From: Heterodontus francisci
Lineage: Eukaryota
DNA: 64,000 nucleotides
Direction: 5' to 3'
Assembly (NCBI RefSeq): GCF_036365525.1
Contig: NC_090387.1
Span: 77,003,300 to 77,067,299, forward strand
A model generated the notes under the pieces. The model saw only the letters and a list, made by a program, of their open reading frames with translations, was not told the origin of the DNA and did no database searches. Shown one piece after another: positions 48,567 through 61,878 of the stretch (the first letter of the stretch is position 1; each line of letters begins with the position of its first letter). Position numbers and translations under genes: made by a program.

Positions 48567-48837
48567 ATTGACCCTCCTGGTGTCAGTTTTGTTTCATGAT
48601 AAGCAAGGTAGTCTTGATTGGACAACAGAGAAACGTTGAAGAATGGTTGTTCGATTGATCATGTCAAAGACAATACAGAAGTTGAGAAAGTAAAACAAAA
48701 TGACATTATGCACCAGTCACAGTCGCAAACATTGGCCAGGATTTTGCTGCGATAATAATAGCGAAACTGTCAGCCTGCACCGTCATTATTGCACTGAAAC
48801 TGAAGGTAAATTCGCGTGTAAGTGTCTTAAATGCGCG

Positions 48838-50190
48838 ACCCCTTATTTTTTAACAGTGACACCCAGTTCCAGATTCTCCCACAAGAGGAAACATCCTTTC
48901 CACATCCACCCTGTCAAGACCCCTCAGGATCAAGTCACCTCTTACTCTTCTAAATTCCAGCAGATACAAGCCTAGCCTGTCCAATCTTTCCTCATAAGAC
49001 AACCCGCTCATTCCAGGTATTAGTCTAGTAAACCTTCTCTGAACTGCTTCCAACGCATTTACAACCTTCCTTAAATAAGGAGAACAATACTGTGAAGAGT
49101 AATCCAGATGTCCCACCAATGCCCTGTATAACTGAAGCATAACCTCCCTATTTTTGCATTCAGTTTCCCTTGCAATAAACGATAACATTCCGTTAGCTTT
49201 CCTAATTACTTGCTATATCTGCATACTTCACTTTTGTGGTTTGTGTACTAGGATACCCAGATCCCTCTGCAATCTCTCACCATGTCAATAACATGCTTAT
49301 TCTTCCTGCAAAAATAGACAATTTTACATTTTCCCATTTGCGAGATCTTTACCCACTCAGTTAACCTATCTATATCCCTTTGTAGGCTCCTTATGTCCTC
49401 TTCACAACTTACTTTCTTACCTATCTTTGTGTCGTCAGCAAATTTTGCAACCATACCTTTGGTCCCTTCATCCAAGTCATTTATATAAATTGTAGAAGGC
49501 TGAGGTTGCAGCACTGATTCCTGTGGCACACTACTCGATACTGGATGAATAATCCAGACTCCTAGACTAATGCTTTGGGGACATGGGTTCGAATCCCACC
49601 ATGGCATATGGTGAAATTTGAACTCGATTAATAAATCTGGAATTAGAAGCTAGTGCAATGGTGACCATGAAGCCATTGTCGATTGCTGTGAAAACCCATC
49701 TGATTCAGTAATGTCCATTAGGGAATGAAATCTGCCATCCACACCTGGTCGGGCCTACATGTGACTCCAGACCCACAGCAATGTGATTAACTCTTAAATT
49801 CTCTCTGAAATGGCCTCGCAAACCACTCAGTTCAAAGGCAATTCGAGATGGGCAGAAAATGCTGGCCTAGCCAGTGATACCCACATCCCATGAATGAATA
49901 CAAAAAAATCTCGAAACCAGAAAATGAGCTACTCTCTTTTTCCTTTTAGCGAGCCAATCTTCTATCCATGCCAATATGTGATCCCCTATAAGACTGGACT
50001 TTATTTTCCTCAATAACGTTTGATGTTGCACCTTTTCGAACGTCTTCTGGATATCTCAGTACAGTACATCCACCAGTATGCCTTTGTCCATAGTATGTTA
50101 TTTCTTCAAAGAACTCCAACAAATTGGTTAAACATGATTTCCCTTTCACAAAACCTTGCCTCATTACCTTGAATTTTTCGAAGTTCATTT
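48838..50190 (-). mobile_element. CR1 RT fragment
   Basis: QGFVKGKSCLTNLLEFFEE, FADDTK, LEAVQRRFTRLIPG. Confidence 0.85.
49540..49905 (+). mobile_element. tRNA-derived SINE (second family) inserted in CR1
   Basis: B box ggttcgaatcc; 3' end gatgggc..aaatgctggcctagccagtga..cccacatccc..aaaaaaa. Confidence 0.75.
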
Positions 50191-50744
50191 AAGTCCTAAG
50201 TCGAGGTTCCCAAAGACTCTTATTTTCCTTGGAATCATGATTTGAACAACGCTCCCAATCTGGCACTGTTATTCTCACTGCAAATACCCTGGAAAAACAT
50301 ACATCTTTTGACTGATGTGTGTTACTGAGTTTTCAATGGCGTATTAATTTCATAATTACTGTTAAACACCCTTACTGGCCCAGAAAAACTAATTTCATAT
50401 TTGTGGAATGTCAAATTTCTCCACATGATTAAAATTACCACTTGTTTAAAAAAATGAAAAATTGAGTCTGCCTGTCTTTATCTTAGCTTCTATCTTAATA
50501 CAGCCATGCATTTATTTCCCTATCTTAAATTTTGAATTAAACTGAAGGATTTTATGTGCTTAGAAATTCCTGGTCTACTATCAGATTTGATTGGTTGCCT
50601 ACTTGCTTGCTGATATCACTGCTACTACTTGCCAAGACAGCTCCTTGATTCAGCGCATAGTCCATATACTAACAGTCCCCAGTATAGTGCTCATAGTGGC
50701 TGGTCTAACTGTGTGGTGGTCCATCTCTGAAATCCATCTCCATT

Positions 50745-51555
50745 GACCATGCCTTCAGCTGTTTCTTGATATCATATGGAGAGAATCAAATTAGCTGAAG
50801 ACTGGCATCTTTGATGGTGGGGATCTAAGGAGGAGGCCGAGTTGGATCACCCACTTGGCACTTCTGGCCGAAAATGGTTGCAAATGCTTCAGCCTTGTCT
50901 TTTGCATTGACATGCTGGAATCCAGCATTATTGAGGATGGGGATGTTTGTGGATCCTGTCTCGTCCCATTAGTTGTTTAATTGTCCACCACCATTGGATG
51001 TGGAAGAACTACAGAGCTTTGATCTGATCTGTTCGTTGTGATATAGCTAAGCTCTGCCTGTAGCACGCTGGGCCTCTGCTGTTAAGCATGCTTGTAGTCC
51101 TGTATCGTAGCTTCACCAGGTTGGCATCTTATTTTTAATTATAATTGGTGCTGTTCTTGCAATGCTCTCCGCACGCCTCATTGAATTGCAGTGTTTCCTT
51201 GATTTGATGGTAATGGTGAAGTGAGGGATATGCCGGGTTATGAGGCAATAGTTTATGACTGAACACAAGTATGCTGATGGCCCAGAATACCTCGCGGCTG
51301 CCCTATTTTGAGCTGCTTGGTCTGTTCTGCATGTATCCCCTATAGCCTGGGGGTAATGCCACAGAACACAAGGGACTGTGTCCTCAGTATGAAGATGGGA
51401 CTTTCCCTCCACAAGGACTGTGTGGTGGTTACTCCTACCAATACCATGGGCCGATGCATCTGTGATAGACAGATTGGTGAGGGCAGGATCAGGTAAGTTT
51501 TCTCCTCATATTGTTTCTCTCACCAACTCTGCAGAGTGGGCTAGGCAGCAATGTT
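50745..51555 (-). mobile_element. CR1-group LINE fragment (endonuclease/linker region)
   Basis: Decayed LINE ORF2 antisense sequence of the same family as 24420-25080. Confidence 0.55.
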
Positions 51556-51699
51556 CGCTCTCAAGTGCATACATGCGTGGCTGCGGAGCAATCTAGAAGG
51601 CACCGCGCATTGCAGTACAACGTCACAACGTCGTTGAAGTTCAATGACATCTGTAGTATAAGCTGTTCAAGAAAGTAGTACTCCGCCTGCAGATCACCT

Positions 51700-51935
51700 C
51701 GCTCAATAGATCGCGAGCTGTGTCTGGTTAAAGCTGTATTGATGCAGACAGGGAAAGCCTCTATCCACTTAGCAAACTTGTTCAAGATGACCAAGCAGTG
51801 AACAACACTACCTGGTGTTTCTCGTCGAGGCTCAATTAAATCAATTTGAATCAGACTCCAAGAACCGTCTGGCGGCGGTGCCGATCTTAAAGACGCTGTT
51901 TTGTTTCTCGCACCTGGGTAGGCTGCAGACAAACC
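51700..51935 (-). mobile_element. Retroviral-type integrase fragment
   Basis: PPPDGSWSLIQIDLIEP..HCLVILNKFAKWIEAFP, the start of an rve core. Confidence 0.75.
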
Positions 51936-52059
51936 AAATATCGACCAACTCTGAAAACAATATTGGATTCAAGGGAGAATCGCCAGGATGAATATATTCT
52001 CTGCGTGGGAGCTAAAATGGAAAAATAATCATTATTTAAATGCGTATTTCGGTATCTTG

Positions 52060-52765
52060 TTTTTAATGGTCAGGTAAAGAACGATTGATAATCTCTTCCT
52101 CTGCTGCTCATAATTCCACGAGAGCAATACCTTAGCCTTTGGGAAAGAATAACGCATGTTTAGATATAGTTGGGAATGACTTAAACAGAAAACGAGATGA
52201 ACAAGCCATGATCTAGGTGGATCGCGGGCTCATGAAGTATTCACTTACAGCCAGTTTACGATATACTTCGTTGCACAACCTTCCTGTAACTTTAGATTAT
52301 ACAAAGATAACTGCTAGTTGACGCAAGTATATAAAGTGAGCTGAATGCATTCTATGTAAACGCAGTGATAGAATGGGGAGAGGGCGGTAGCTGAACCTTT
52401 ATGTTGGTAGTTTTTGCAGCCTGGCACTTATGTTGATGGGTGATTGTTGCCAGATGACGAACGTTTTGAATAAAACTAAGTGTTTAAACATGTTTGAGGT
52501 GAAGTTGTTTTCAGTATGTAAACCTTTCCTATGCCTTATGATTTACTGATGTTAATAGAAGCGCCCTGAACAGAAAGTTATGCTCGTAGAATTATATGTA
52601 CATGGACGAGTGGAGGACAAAACAATCCACGCTAGTTGTATTTCAGCCGACATCCACAATAAGTTTGTGAATAGTGAAAGAATGCTGCAAGTCCCATTTC
52701 TCCTCGGTCGGGGGAGACCTGAAAGCTAAATCCCGTCTCCATTTTTTGGCGTTCTGCTGACTGCT
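52060..52765 (+). repeat. Segmental duplication copy B, part 1
   Basis: Homologous to ~4540-5212. Confidence 0.8.
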
Positions 52766-52766
52766 G

Positions 52767-55700
52767 ACTTACCTGGAGGGAGTCGGGAGCCGTAGCAGAG
52801 GCAGCGGCAGACCTGCGAGGAATCTAATGGGGAGAGAATAAATCCATACCCAGACTCGCGGCCTTGCAATTAGCTGGAGAGAGTCTGGAGCGGTCAACCA
52901 GCATAGGGGCAGCTATCTCTTCCCGCCTGAGTTTGAAAAAGAAGAGAAAAATAATTAAACCGTGACATCATACGAAAGCAGTGAGCTGATTGCCTGGTGA
53001 GTATTTGCTGCTTCGGAACTCAGTTTAAACATTTGGGAGTTCAAAAACGTTAAAATATTAGTTATAAGTAACACCTGGGTATTTGCTGAGTCTTATCTTT
53101 TAAATATGACTTATTACCATAGATGAGGTTATTACTGCTATTGTTCGCGTTTTATTATTGGTAGGATATGTTAAGAGTGTAAGGTAGATTAGTATTTAGT
53201 AAAGTTTAGTATTAGCAGTAGTAATATTTTTATTACTATTGGTAAGGTTATTAACGTTAGTTACATTTATTTTGAGATACAGCACTGAAACAGGCCCTCC
53301 AGCCCACTGAGTCGGTGCTGACCATCAACCACCCATTTATAATAATCCTACCACATTCCCTCAACTCCCCTACCTACACTAGGAGAAATGGCCAATTTAT
53401 CTATCAACCTACAAATCTTTGGGAGGACCCCGGAGCACCCAGCGAAAACCCACGCAGTCACAGGGAGAACTTGCAAACTCCACACAGGCAGGACCCAGAA
53501 TTGAACCTGGGTCGCTGGAGCTGTGAGGCTGCGGTGCTAACCACTGCGCCACTTCGCTGTCCTGAGTTCATAACTGAGTTTATTAGTGGCAGAGTTTATT
53601 TGTAGTACTGGGGTCTATTATCTAATAGGTAGAGGAATGGCAGGGCTGCTCCAACCTCAGGAGTGCACATTCCTGTGCTATGTGGGGAATCCAGGACGCT
53701 TCTCAGGTTGTGGATAACCATATGGGCAGGAACTGTTGTCAGCTGCAGCAGCTTGAACTCCGGGTTGCAGGACTTGAGCAGCATCTGGCGTCACTGTAGT
53801 ACATCTTTGAGGATGAGAGCTTCGTGGATAGCACGTTTATAGATGTGGTCATGCAACAGCTAAAAAGGTATGCAGGCAGAAAAGGAATGGGTGACCACCA
53901 GACAGTCAAGAAGAAACAGGCAGGTAGTGCAAGTGAACCCTGAATGCATCTCACTCTCCAACAAGTATTCAGTTCTGAATATTGAGGAAAGTGATGGCTC
54001 ATCTGGGCAGTGCAGCCAGGGCAAAGGTAATGGCACCACGTGTGGTTCAGCTGCACAGGGGGCACAAGGAAGACCGAAAGAGCCATAATGATAGGACATT
54101 CGATAGTCAGGGGAACAGACAGGCGTTTCTGTGTCCGCTGACGTAAATCCAGGATGGTATTTTGCCTCGCTGGTGCCAGTGTAAAGGATGTCATGGGATG
54201 TCTGCAGAGCATTTTGAAGGGGGTGGGTGAACAGCCAGCAGTCATGATCCACATTGATATCAATGACATAGGTAGGAAGAGGGATGTGGTCCTGCAGAAA
54301 GAATGTAATGAACTACATAAGAAATTAGCAGGCAGGACCTCAAAAGTAATCATCTGCAGATTACTCCCAGTACCATGTGGCAGTGAATATAGAAATAGAA
54401 GGATAGTCGAAATGAATGCCTGCTGGAATTATGGTGCATGAGAGAGGGCTTTATATTCCTGGGACTATGGGACCAGTTCTGAAGAAGATGGAACCTGTAC
54501 AGGCTGGATAGGTTGCACCTAAACAGGGCTGGGACAGATTTCCTTGCGGGGCAATTTTCTGGTGCTATTGGAGAGGGTTTAAATTAACTTGGCAGGAGTG
54601 TGGGAACCAGAAGGAAATATCAGAGAGGAATACCTAGGTGCACAGAATTCTAGGAGAGATAGATAGGACTAGAGTAGAGAATAGTAAGTAATTAAGTGGG
54701 GTCAGAGTAAGGGAGAAAGTAATAAAGTCTAAATCAGGGTTATGTACATGTTTGTGAATGCACGGAGTGTTGTTAAGATTGATGAGTTACAGGGGAAGAT
54801 TATCATGTGGAAATATAATGCTGTGGCTATAACAGAGACCTGTGCAAGACTGGGTATTAAATATTCCTGGACACAAGGTGCTCAAGAAAGATAGGAAAGG
54901 AAAAAGGGATGGGGTAGCGGAATTGATTAAGGAGAGCATTGCAGTGCTGGAGAAAAAGGATGTCCCAGAGGGGTCAAGGACATAATTAATTTGGCTCGAA
55001 CTAAGGAACAGAAAAGGTGCAGTTACATTGCTCGGTATGGTCTATTGGCCACCAGCTAGTGGGAAAGACATGGAGGAACAAATTTGTAAGAACATTACAG
55101 AGATACAAAAATTATAGGGTTGTATAATGGGGGATTTCAATTATCCAAACATAGACATGGATAGTAGTAATGTAAAGGGCAGTGATGGGCAAGGGTTCCT
55201 AGAGTGTCTTCACGCAAATTATCTATGTTTCTAGGCCAACTAGAAAGGAGGGACTGCTGGATCTATTTCTTTGGAACGAGGTGGGCCAAGTGGATCTAGA
55301 ATCAGTAGAAGATCATTTAGGAGAAAGTGATCATTGTATCATAAGGTTTAAGCTGACATGGAAAAGGACAAAGAACCATCCAGAATAAGAATAATTACCG
55401 GGGGGAAAGCCAACTTCAAAGAGGTAAGAGCGGAGCTGGGACGAATAAATTGGAGTCAAAGGTTGGCAAGAAAATGGTAGCTGAACAATGGGCTACCTTC
55501 AAAGAAGAGTTAATTCAGGTACAGTCAAGGTGTTTTCCCTCAAAGGGGAAAGGTATGGTAAACAAATCCAGAGCTCACTGGATGACAAAAGAGGTAGAGA
55601 TTAAGATAAAGAAGAAAAACTGTGCTTATGGCAGATTTCAGGTAGAAAATACTGTTCAGAGTCAGGCTGAATATACAAAAAAGGTCCAGACTGGAAGTAA

Positions 55701-57525
55701 AAAAAAAAGATAAGCGAAGCAAAGAAACAGTATGAAAAGATATTGGCAGCTAACATTAAAGAGAATCCCAAAGTTTCTATAGACATATAAAAGGTCAAGG
55801 GCTGATAAAGGAGGAGATAGGGCGATTAGGAATTTACACATGGAGGCTGAGGACATAGCTGAGGTATTAAATGAATATTTTGCATCTGTTTTTACCAAGG
55901 AAGAAGATGCAACTCAGGCAATGTTGAAAGAGGAGGTAAGTCAGACACTAGAGGAGTTTAAAATTGATAAAGAGGAAGTATTAGATAGGCGGTCTGTACT
56001 TCAAGTGAATAAAGCACTAGGACCAGATGAGCTGCATCCAAGGATACTGAAGAAAGTGAGGGTTCAAATTATGGAGGCACTGGCCATAATTATTCAATCT
56101 TCTTTGGACTCTGGGGTAGTGCCAGCGGACTGGAGAATTGCAAGCGTTACTCCCTTATTCAAAAAAGGCTGTAAAGATGAGCCCAGTAACTGCAGGCCTG
56201 TCAGTTTATCTTCAGTAGTGGGAAAGCTTCTGGAAAGAATAATTCGGGCCAAAATTAATAGTCACATGGACAATTGTGGGTGAATTAAAGAATGTCAGCA
56301 TGGATTTCTTAAGGGAAAATCATGTTTAACTAACAGGGCTGTGGTTTTTTGATGAGCTAACAGAGAGGGTTGATGAAGGCAATGTAGTTGATGTGGTGTA
56401 CATGGACTTTCAAAAGGCGTTTGAGGTAACAACATGTGAATGGAATTCGCTGAGTGGCAAAAAACAAAGTGTAGTGGTTATGGATGTTTTTCGGGATGGA
56501 GGAAGGTTTGCAGTGGATTTCCCCAGGGGTCACTGTTGGGACCCTTGCTTTTCCTAATCTATATTGATGGCTTAGACCTTAGTGTACAGTGTACATTTTC
56601 AAAGTTTGTAGATGATACGAAACTTGGAAGCATTGTGAACTGTGAGGAGGATAATGTAGAACTGCAAAATTTCATAGACAATTTAGTGAAATGGGAGGAC
56701 AGGCAGCAGATAAAGCTCAATACAGACAAATGTGAAGTGATTCATTTTGGTAGGAGAAACATGGAGAGACAACAAAAAATAAAGGGTGCAATTCTAAAGG
56801 GGGTGCAGGAGCAGAGGGAGCTGGGTGTATATGTGCACAAGTCACTGAAGTTGGCATGGCAGGTTGAGAGAGCGTTTAATAAAGCATAAGGTCTCCTGGG
56901 CTTTATTAATAGAGACATAGAGTGCAAAAGCAAGGAAGGTATGTTGAAATTATATACGACACTAAGTCGGCCTCAGCTGGAGTATTGCGTCCAGTTCTGG
57001 TTCAGGAAAGATTGAATGCATTGGAGGAGTACAGAATAAATTCATGAGAATGGTTCCACGTATGCGGAACTTCAGTTATGAAGACAGATTGGAGAAGTTA
57101 GGGATGTTTTCCTTGGAGAAGAGAAGGCTGAGAGGTGATTAGATAGAGGTATTCAAAATCATGAGGGGTCTGGACAGAGTAGATAGGGAGAAACTGTTCC
57201 CACTCGTGAAAGGATCGAGAACGAGAGGGCACAGATTCAAAGTAATAGGTAAGAGAATCAAAAGCCATATAAGGAAAAGCATTTTCACGCAACAAGTGGT
57301 TAATGTCTGGACTACACTACCTGAGAGTGTGGTGGAGGCAGGTTCAATTGAAGCATTCAGAAGGGAATTAGACTGCTTTACGAAAAGAAAGAATATCTAG
57401 GGATATGGAGAGAAGGTGAGGGAATGGCACGAAGTGAATTGTACATTTCGGAGAGCTGGTGAGGACAAGGCGGCTCCAAGGCTCCTTCTGCGTTGTAACA
57501 AATCTGTGTATTCTGTGATTCTGTA
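52767..57525 (+). mobile_element. CR1 LINE, full-length, decayed
   Basis: 5'UTR (gtgacatca), ORF1 zinc finger/esterase, endonuclease, RT, (ttctgtga)n tail. Confidence 0.88.
53270..53560 (-). mobile_element. HE1-type V-SINE in the CR1 5'UTR
   Basis: gagatacagcactgaaacaggccc..gctaaccactgcgccac. Confidence 0.85.
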
Positions 57526-57529
57526 AAAA

Positions 57530-57714
57530 TATTATAATGTAATATTTAGATTAAAAGAATAGGAAGATCTCCCGCTAACCAGACCAACATTCGGCCCGCA
57601 ATGCTGAGTCTTTGAAATAGATTTATTCGTCAAGAAACGTATTCACCAAATCTCCTGGATTTACTGTCTTCTGCACAAATAGCTGTCCTTTTGCTAAGAT
57701 ACAACAATGACTGC
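57530..57714 (+). repeat. Segmental duplication copy B, part 2
   Basis: Homologous to ~5230-5400 (aaatagat..tcaagaaa..tgc.aagata..aacaat). Confidence 0.65.
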
Positions 57715-60446
57715 TAAAACCTTGGAGATTCGGAGAGAGCAACGGGAGAGGAGAGGATTTAAAAAGCGCGTCAAAACCTTGGAGATTCGGAGAGATGCAG
57801 CGGGAGAGGAGACGGAGGTTTGGAGGCAAATGAACAAAAAAAAAATAATCAAAAAGTGACGTCACAATTAACAGAGAGTGCATGGAAACAGAAAGCAGGC
57901 ACGGGTGAGTAAGCTTGCAATTTATCCAAGTTAATCAAATTTAAAATAAGACTTGTTTAATTAATTAGTATAAAAACCGAAAACGAAGGCATATTTTATA
58001 ATTTACCAAATATATATATAGAGAGAGAGAGACCAGCAGGGAGGGTATTGGTTTAGGAGCTGAGAAATTATTTTTTTTTTCAATCAGTGTGGTGTAACTG
58101 TAAGCGTTGTAACCAAAGTATAAATACAAAGCAGGACTAGAGGTATTAATTACAGTTGATTGTATAAAGAGGTATTAATTACAGTTGATTGTTTAAAGAA
58201 GGTACTAAATAGATTGTTTAAAAACGGGATAGCAGATTTTTGTTTAGATCATGGATAGACAGCTGCTACCCGTTGGTTGTAATTCCTGCACGATGTGGAA
58301 ACTTCAGGACACTTCATGTGTCTTGTGGGACCACGTGTGTAGGAAGTTTCTGCAGCTGTTTCACTCCGAGCTTCACGGGCAGCTGTATTCAGTTTCGATC
58401 ATAAGGGAGCAGGAAGTGCAGTAGTCTTTGGGTCGTACATTCCAGCAGGTGATTACCCCGCAGGCAGTAGCAGTTCAGGAGAGGAGGTGGATGGGCCATC
58501 CAGAAGAGTAGGAAGAGGCAGGAAGTGCAGTAGGTTTTGGGGTGTGTGCCGCTCTCAAGCAGGTATTCAGCTTTGGAGACTGCTAAGAATGACTACACCT
58601 TGAAGGAGTAGTTATAAACCATGCCACCAATGGGCAAGGGACTGTACAGGAGGGATCAGTAAAGTGCAGAAATGCAGTTGTGAAAGGTGATTCCATAGTC
58701 ATGGGGACAGATAGGCATTTCTGTAACCATTATCATGAGTCCTGCATGATGTGTTGCCTGCCTGGTTCCAGGGTAAAGGACATCACAGAGTAGGTGTAGG
58801 ATAATCTGCAGGGGGAAGAGAGTGAGCCAGGAGTTGTGGTGCACGGTGGTACCAACGACCTAGCAAGGGCAGGTATTGCGGTCCTGTGGTCAGATTTTCA
58901 GAAGCTAGGGAGGCAGTTACAGAGTAGGAATTCGAGGGTAGTAATACCTTGGTCATTCCCAGTGTTATGTGCCAGCTAGAGTAGAAATAGTAAGATAGGG
59001 AGAATCAATGTGTGGCTTGAAGCATAGCGTACGAGGGAGGGCTTCAGATTCTTAGGGCATCAGGACCAGTTCTGGGGCAGAATGTACCTATTCAAAAGGA
59101 AAGGGTTTCACCTCAACAGGATTGGGACCAATATCCTCGTGGGGAGGTTCAATAGTGTGGCTGGGGAGGGTTTAAATTAAAGTAACAGGGAGATTAGCGC
59201 CAGCATATAGAAGTAGAAAAGAGGAATACGGTGCATAACATGGGAGTGTTAGACACTACTGGCAAGGTGCACAGAATACTGGGAGAGATAGGTAGCACTA
59301 GAGTAGGGAATAGTAAGTTGAGGTGGGGACAGAGTAAAGGAGGAAGAAATAAAGTCTATGTTAAGGTTACTGTGCATGTATGTGAATGCACGGAGTGTAG
59401 TTAATAACACTGGTGAGTTACAGGGGCAGATTGACATGCGGGCATATGATGCCATGGCTATAACAGAGATCTGGCTCAAAGTTAAATATTCCTGGATATA
59501 AGGTGTTCAGAAAAGAGAAGAAAGGAAGTAAAGGGCGAGGTGTGGTGGTATTGATTGAAGAGAACATTTGAGTTATTGAGAGAAAGGGTACCCCAGAGAG
59601 GTCAAGGATAGAATCTATTTGGCTAGAGATAAGGAACAGAAAAAGTGCAATTACTTTGCTTGGTGTAGTCTATAGGCAACCAACTAGCGGGCAGAATGTA
59701 GAAGAACAAATTTGCAAGGAAATTACAGAGAAGTGCAAGAATGATAAGAGTAGTTATAATGGGAGACTTTAATTATGCGAATATAGACTGGAATCGTGGT
59801 AGTTTAAAGGATAGCGAGGGATAAGAGTTCCTAGCATGTGTTCTGGAAAATTTTCTAAAGCAGAATGTTTCCAGTCCAACGGGAATGGGGGCACTGCTAG
59901 ACCTGGTTCTGAGGTGGGCCAAGTGGATCAAATATCAATAGGAGAACATATACGGGACAGTGATCATTGTATCATGGGAAAGGACAAAGAAAATCTGGAA
60001 TAAAAATAATTAACTTGGGGAAAGAAAACTTCAATTGGGTAAGAATGGATCTGGGCTGAATAAGTTGGAATCCAAGGTGGGCAGGAAAAACGCTAGCTGC
60101 ACAATGGGCTACATTCAAAGAAGATATCGGTCAGGCACAGTCGAAGTATATTCCCTCGAAGGGAAAAGGTAGGGCAAACAAATCCATAGCTTCCTGGATG
60201 ACAAAAGAGATACAGATAAAGAAGAAGAAGAAAACCTGTGCTTATGACAGCTTTAAGGTAGATAGTACAATCGAGTACCAGGCTGAATACCGAAGGTTCA
60301 AAGCGAATGTTACAAATAGGAGAAGCAAAGCGAGCATGAAAAGAGACTGGCAGCTAACATAAAAGGGAATCCCAGAGTCTCCAATAGAAATATATATAGT
60401 AAAAAGTTGGAGTGGGGTGGATTAGGGACCAAAAGTATGATTTATG

Positions 60447-60632
60447 CAGGGTAATAAGGGCGTGGAACGCCCTGCCTGCAGCAGTAGTAGATTCGCCAAC
60501 TTTAAGGGCATTTAAGTGGACATTGGATAGACACATGGATGAAAATGGAATAGTGTAGGTCAGATGGTTTCACAAGTCGGCGCAACATCGAGGGCCGAAG
60601 GGCCTGTACTGCGCTGTAATGTTCTAATTCTA
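60447..60632 (+). mobile_element. Nested short CR1 3' end
   Basis: gcgtggaacgccctgcctgca..gggccgaagggcctgtactgcgctgtaatgttcta. Confidence 0.75.
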
Positions 60633-60822
60633 AAAAAAAAATTCTAATAACTAATGGATTAAATGAATACTTTGCATCTGTATTTACCAAGGAAGAAGAT
60701 GCTATCTGTGTCACAGTGAAAGAGCAGATAATTAATACACTAGAAGGATTTAAAGTTGACAAGGAGGAGATATTAGATAGGCTGTCTATACTTAAAGTTA
60801 ATAAAGCACCAGGACCGATGAG

Positions 60823-61878
60823 AAAGAGAGTAAGTTGTCAAGAGGAGATAAAAAGCCTAAAAAAATGATATAGATAGGTTAAGAGAGTGGGCAAACAATT
60901 AACAGATAGAGTATAATGTGGGAACATGTGAACTTGTTCACTTTGGCAGGAATAAGCTGTATACAATATATTTATTTATTTAGAGATACAGCACTGAAAC
61001 AGGCACTTCGAGTCTGTGCCGACCAACAACCACCCATTTATCCCGGGTCCCTGGAGCTGTGAGGCTGCGGTGCTAACCACTGCGCCCTAAATTTAAATGG
61101 AAAGAGATTGCAGAACTCGGTAGCACAGAGGGATCTGGGTGAACTAGTACATGAATGACAAAACGTTAGTATGCAGGTACAGTAAGTGTTTAGAAAAACA
61201 AATACAATGTTGGCGTTTATTGTAAGGGGAATCAAATATAAAAGTAAGGAACTTTTACTGCAGCTGTGCAGCACCTTGGTGAGAAATCATTTGGAGTAAT
61301 GTGTACAGTTTTGATATCCTTATTTGAAAATGGATATATTTGCATTAGAAGTAGTTCAGAGAAGGGTGACTCTACTAATTCCGGGGATGAAGGACTTACT
61401 TTATGAAGAAAGGTTGAGCCTATACATTGGAGTTTAGAACAATGAGAGATGATCTTACTGAAGCACATAAGATCCTGAGGGAACTTAATAGAGTGGATAT
61501 CGAGAGAATGTTTCCTCTTGGGTGGGGTGGGTGGGGGGGGGGGGGGTGGAGGTGTGGAGCGGGAGACTAGAACTAGGGACACAGTTTAAGAATATGATGT
61601 CTTCCTTTTAAGACATAAATGAAGAGATATTTTTTTCTCTCAAAGTGTCGTTAGTCTATGGAATTCTCTTCCCCAGAAAGCAGTGGAGGCTGAGGCATTG
61701 AATTTATTCAGGGCTGAGTTCGATAGATTTTTGATAGACAGGGGAGTCAAGGTTTATGGAGGGCAGAGAGGGAAGTGGAGTTGAGATCACAACCAGATCA
61801 GCTATGATATTATCGAATGACTGAACAGGGTCGAAGGGCAGAATGGCCTCCTCATGCTCCTAAATCCTATGTTCCTAG
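60823..61878 (+). mobile_element. Nested CR1 3' fragment, itself containing an internally deleted HE1 SINE (~60975-61088)
   Basis: The host CR1 is interrupted at GPD|MQPRIL. The insert has a CR1 C-terminus and a cctatgttccta tail. Confidence 0.8.

Noticed and set aside
52768-52785. ACTTACCTGG resembling the 5' end of U1 snRNA
   Set aside because: Only ~10 nt match; the rest is CR1 5'UTR (equally an antisense splice-donor consensus).
57716-58200. Short direct repeats with spacers, CRISPR-like
   Set aside because: Only two copies each, inside a CR1 5'UTR in a vertebrate context.
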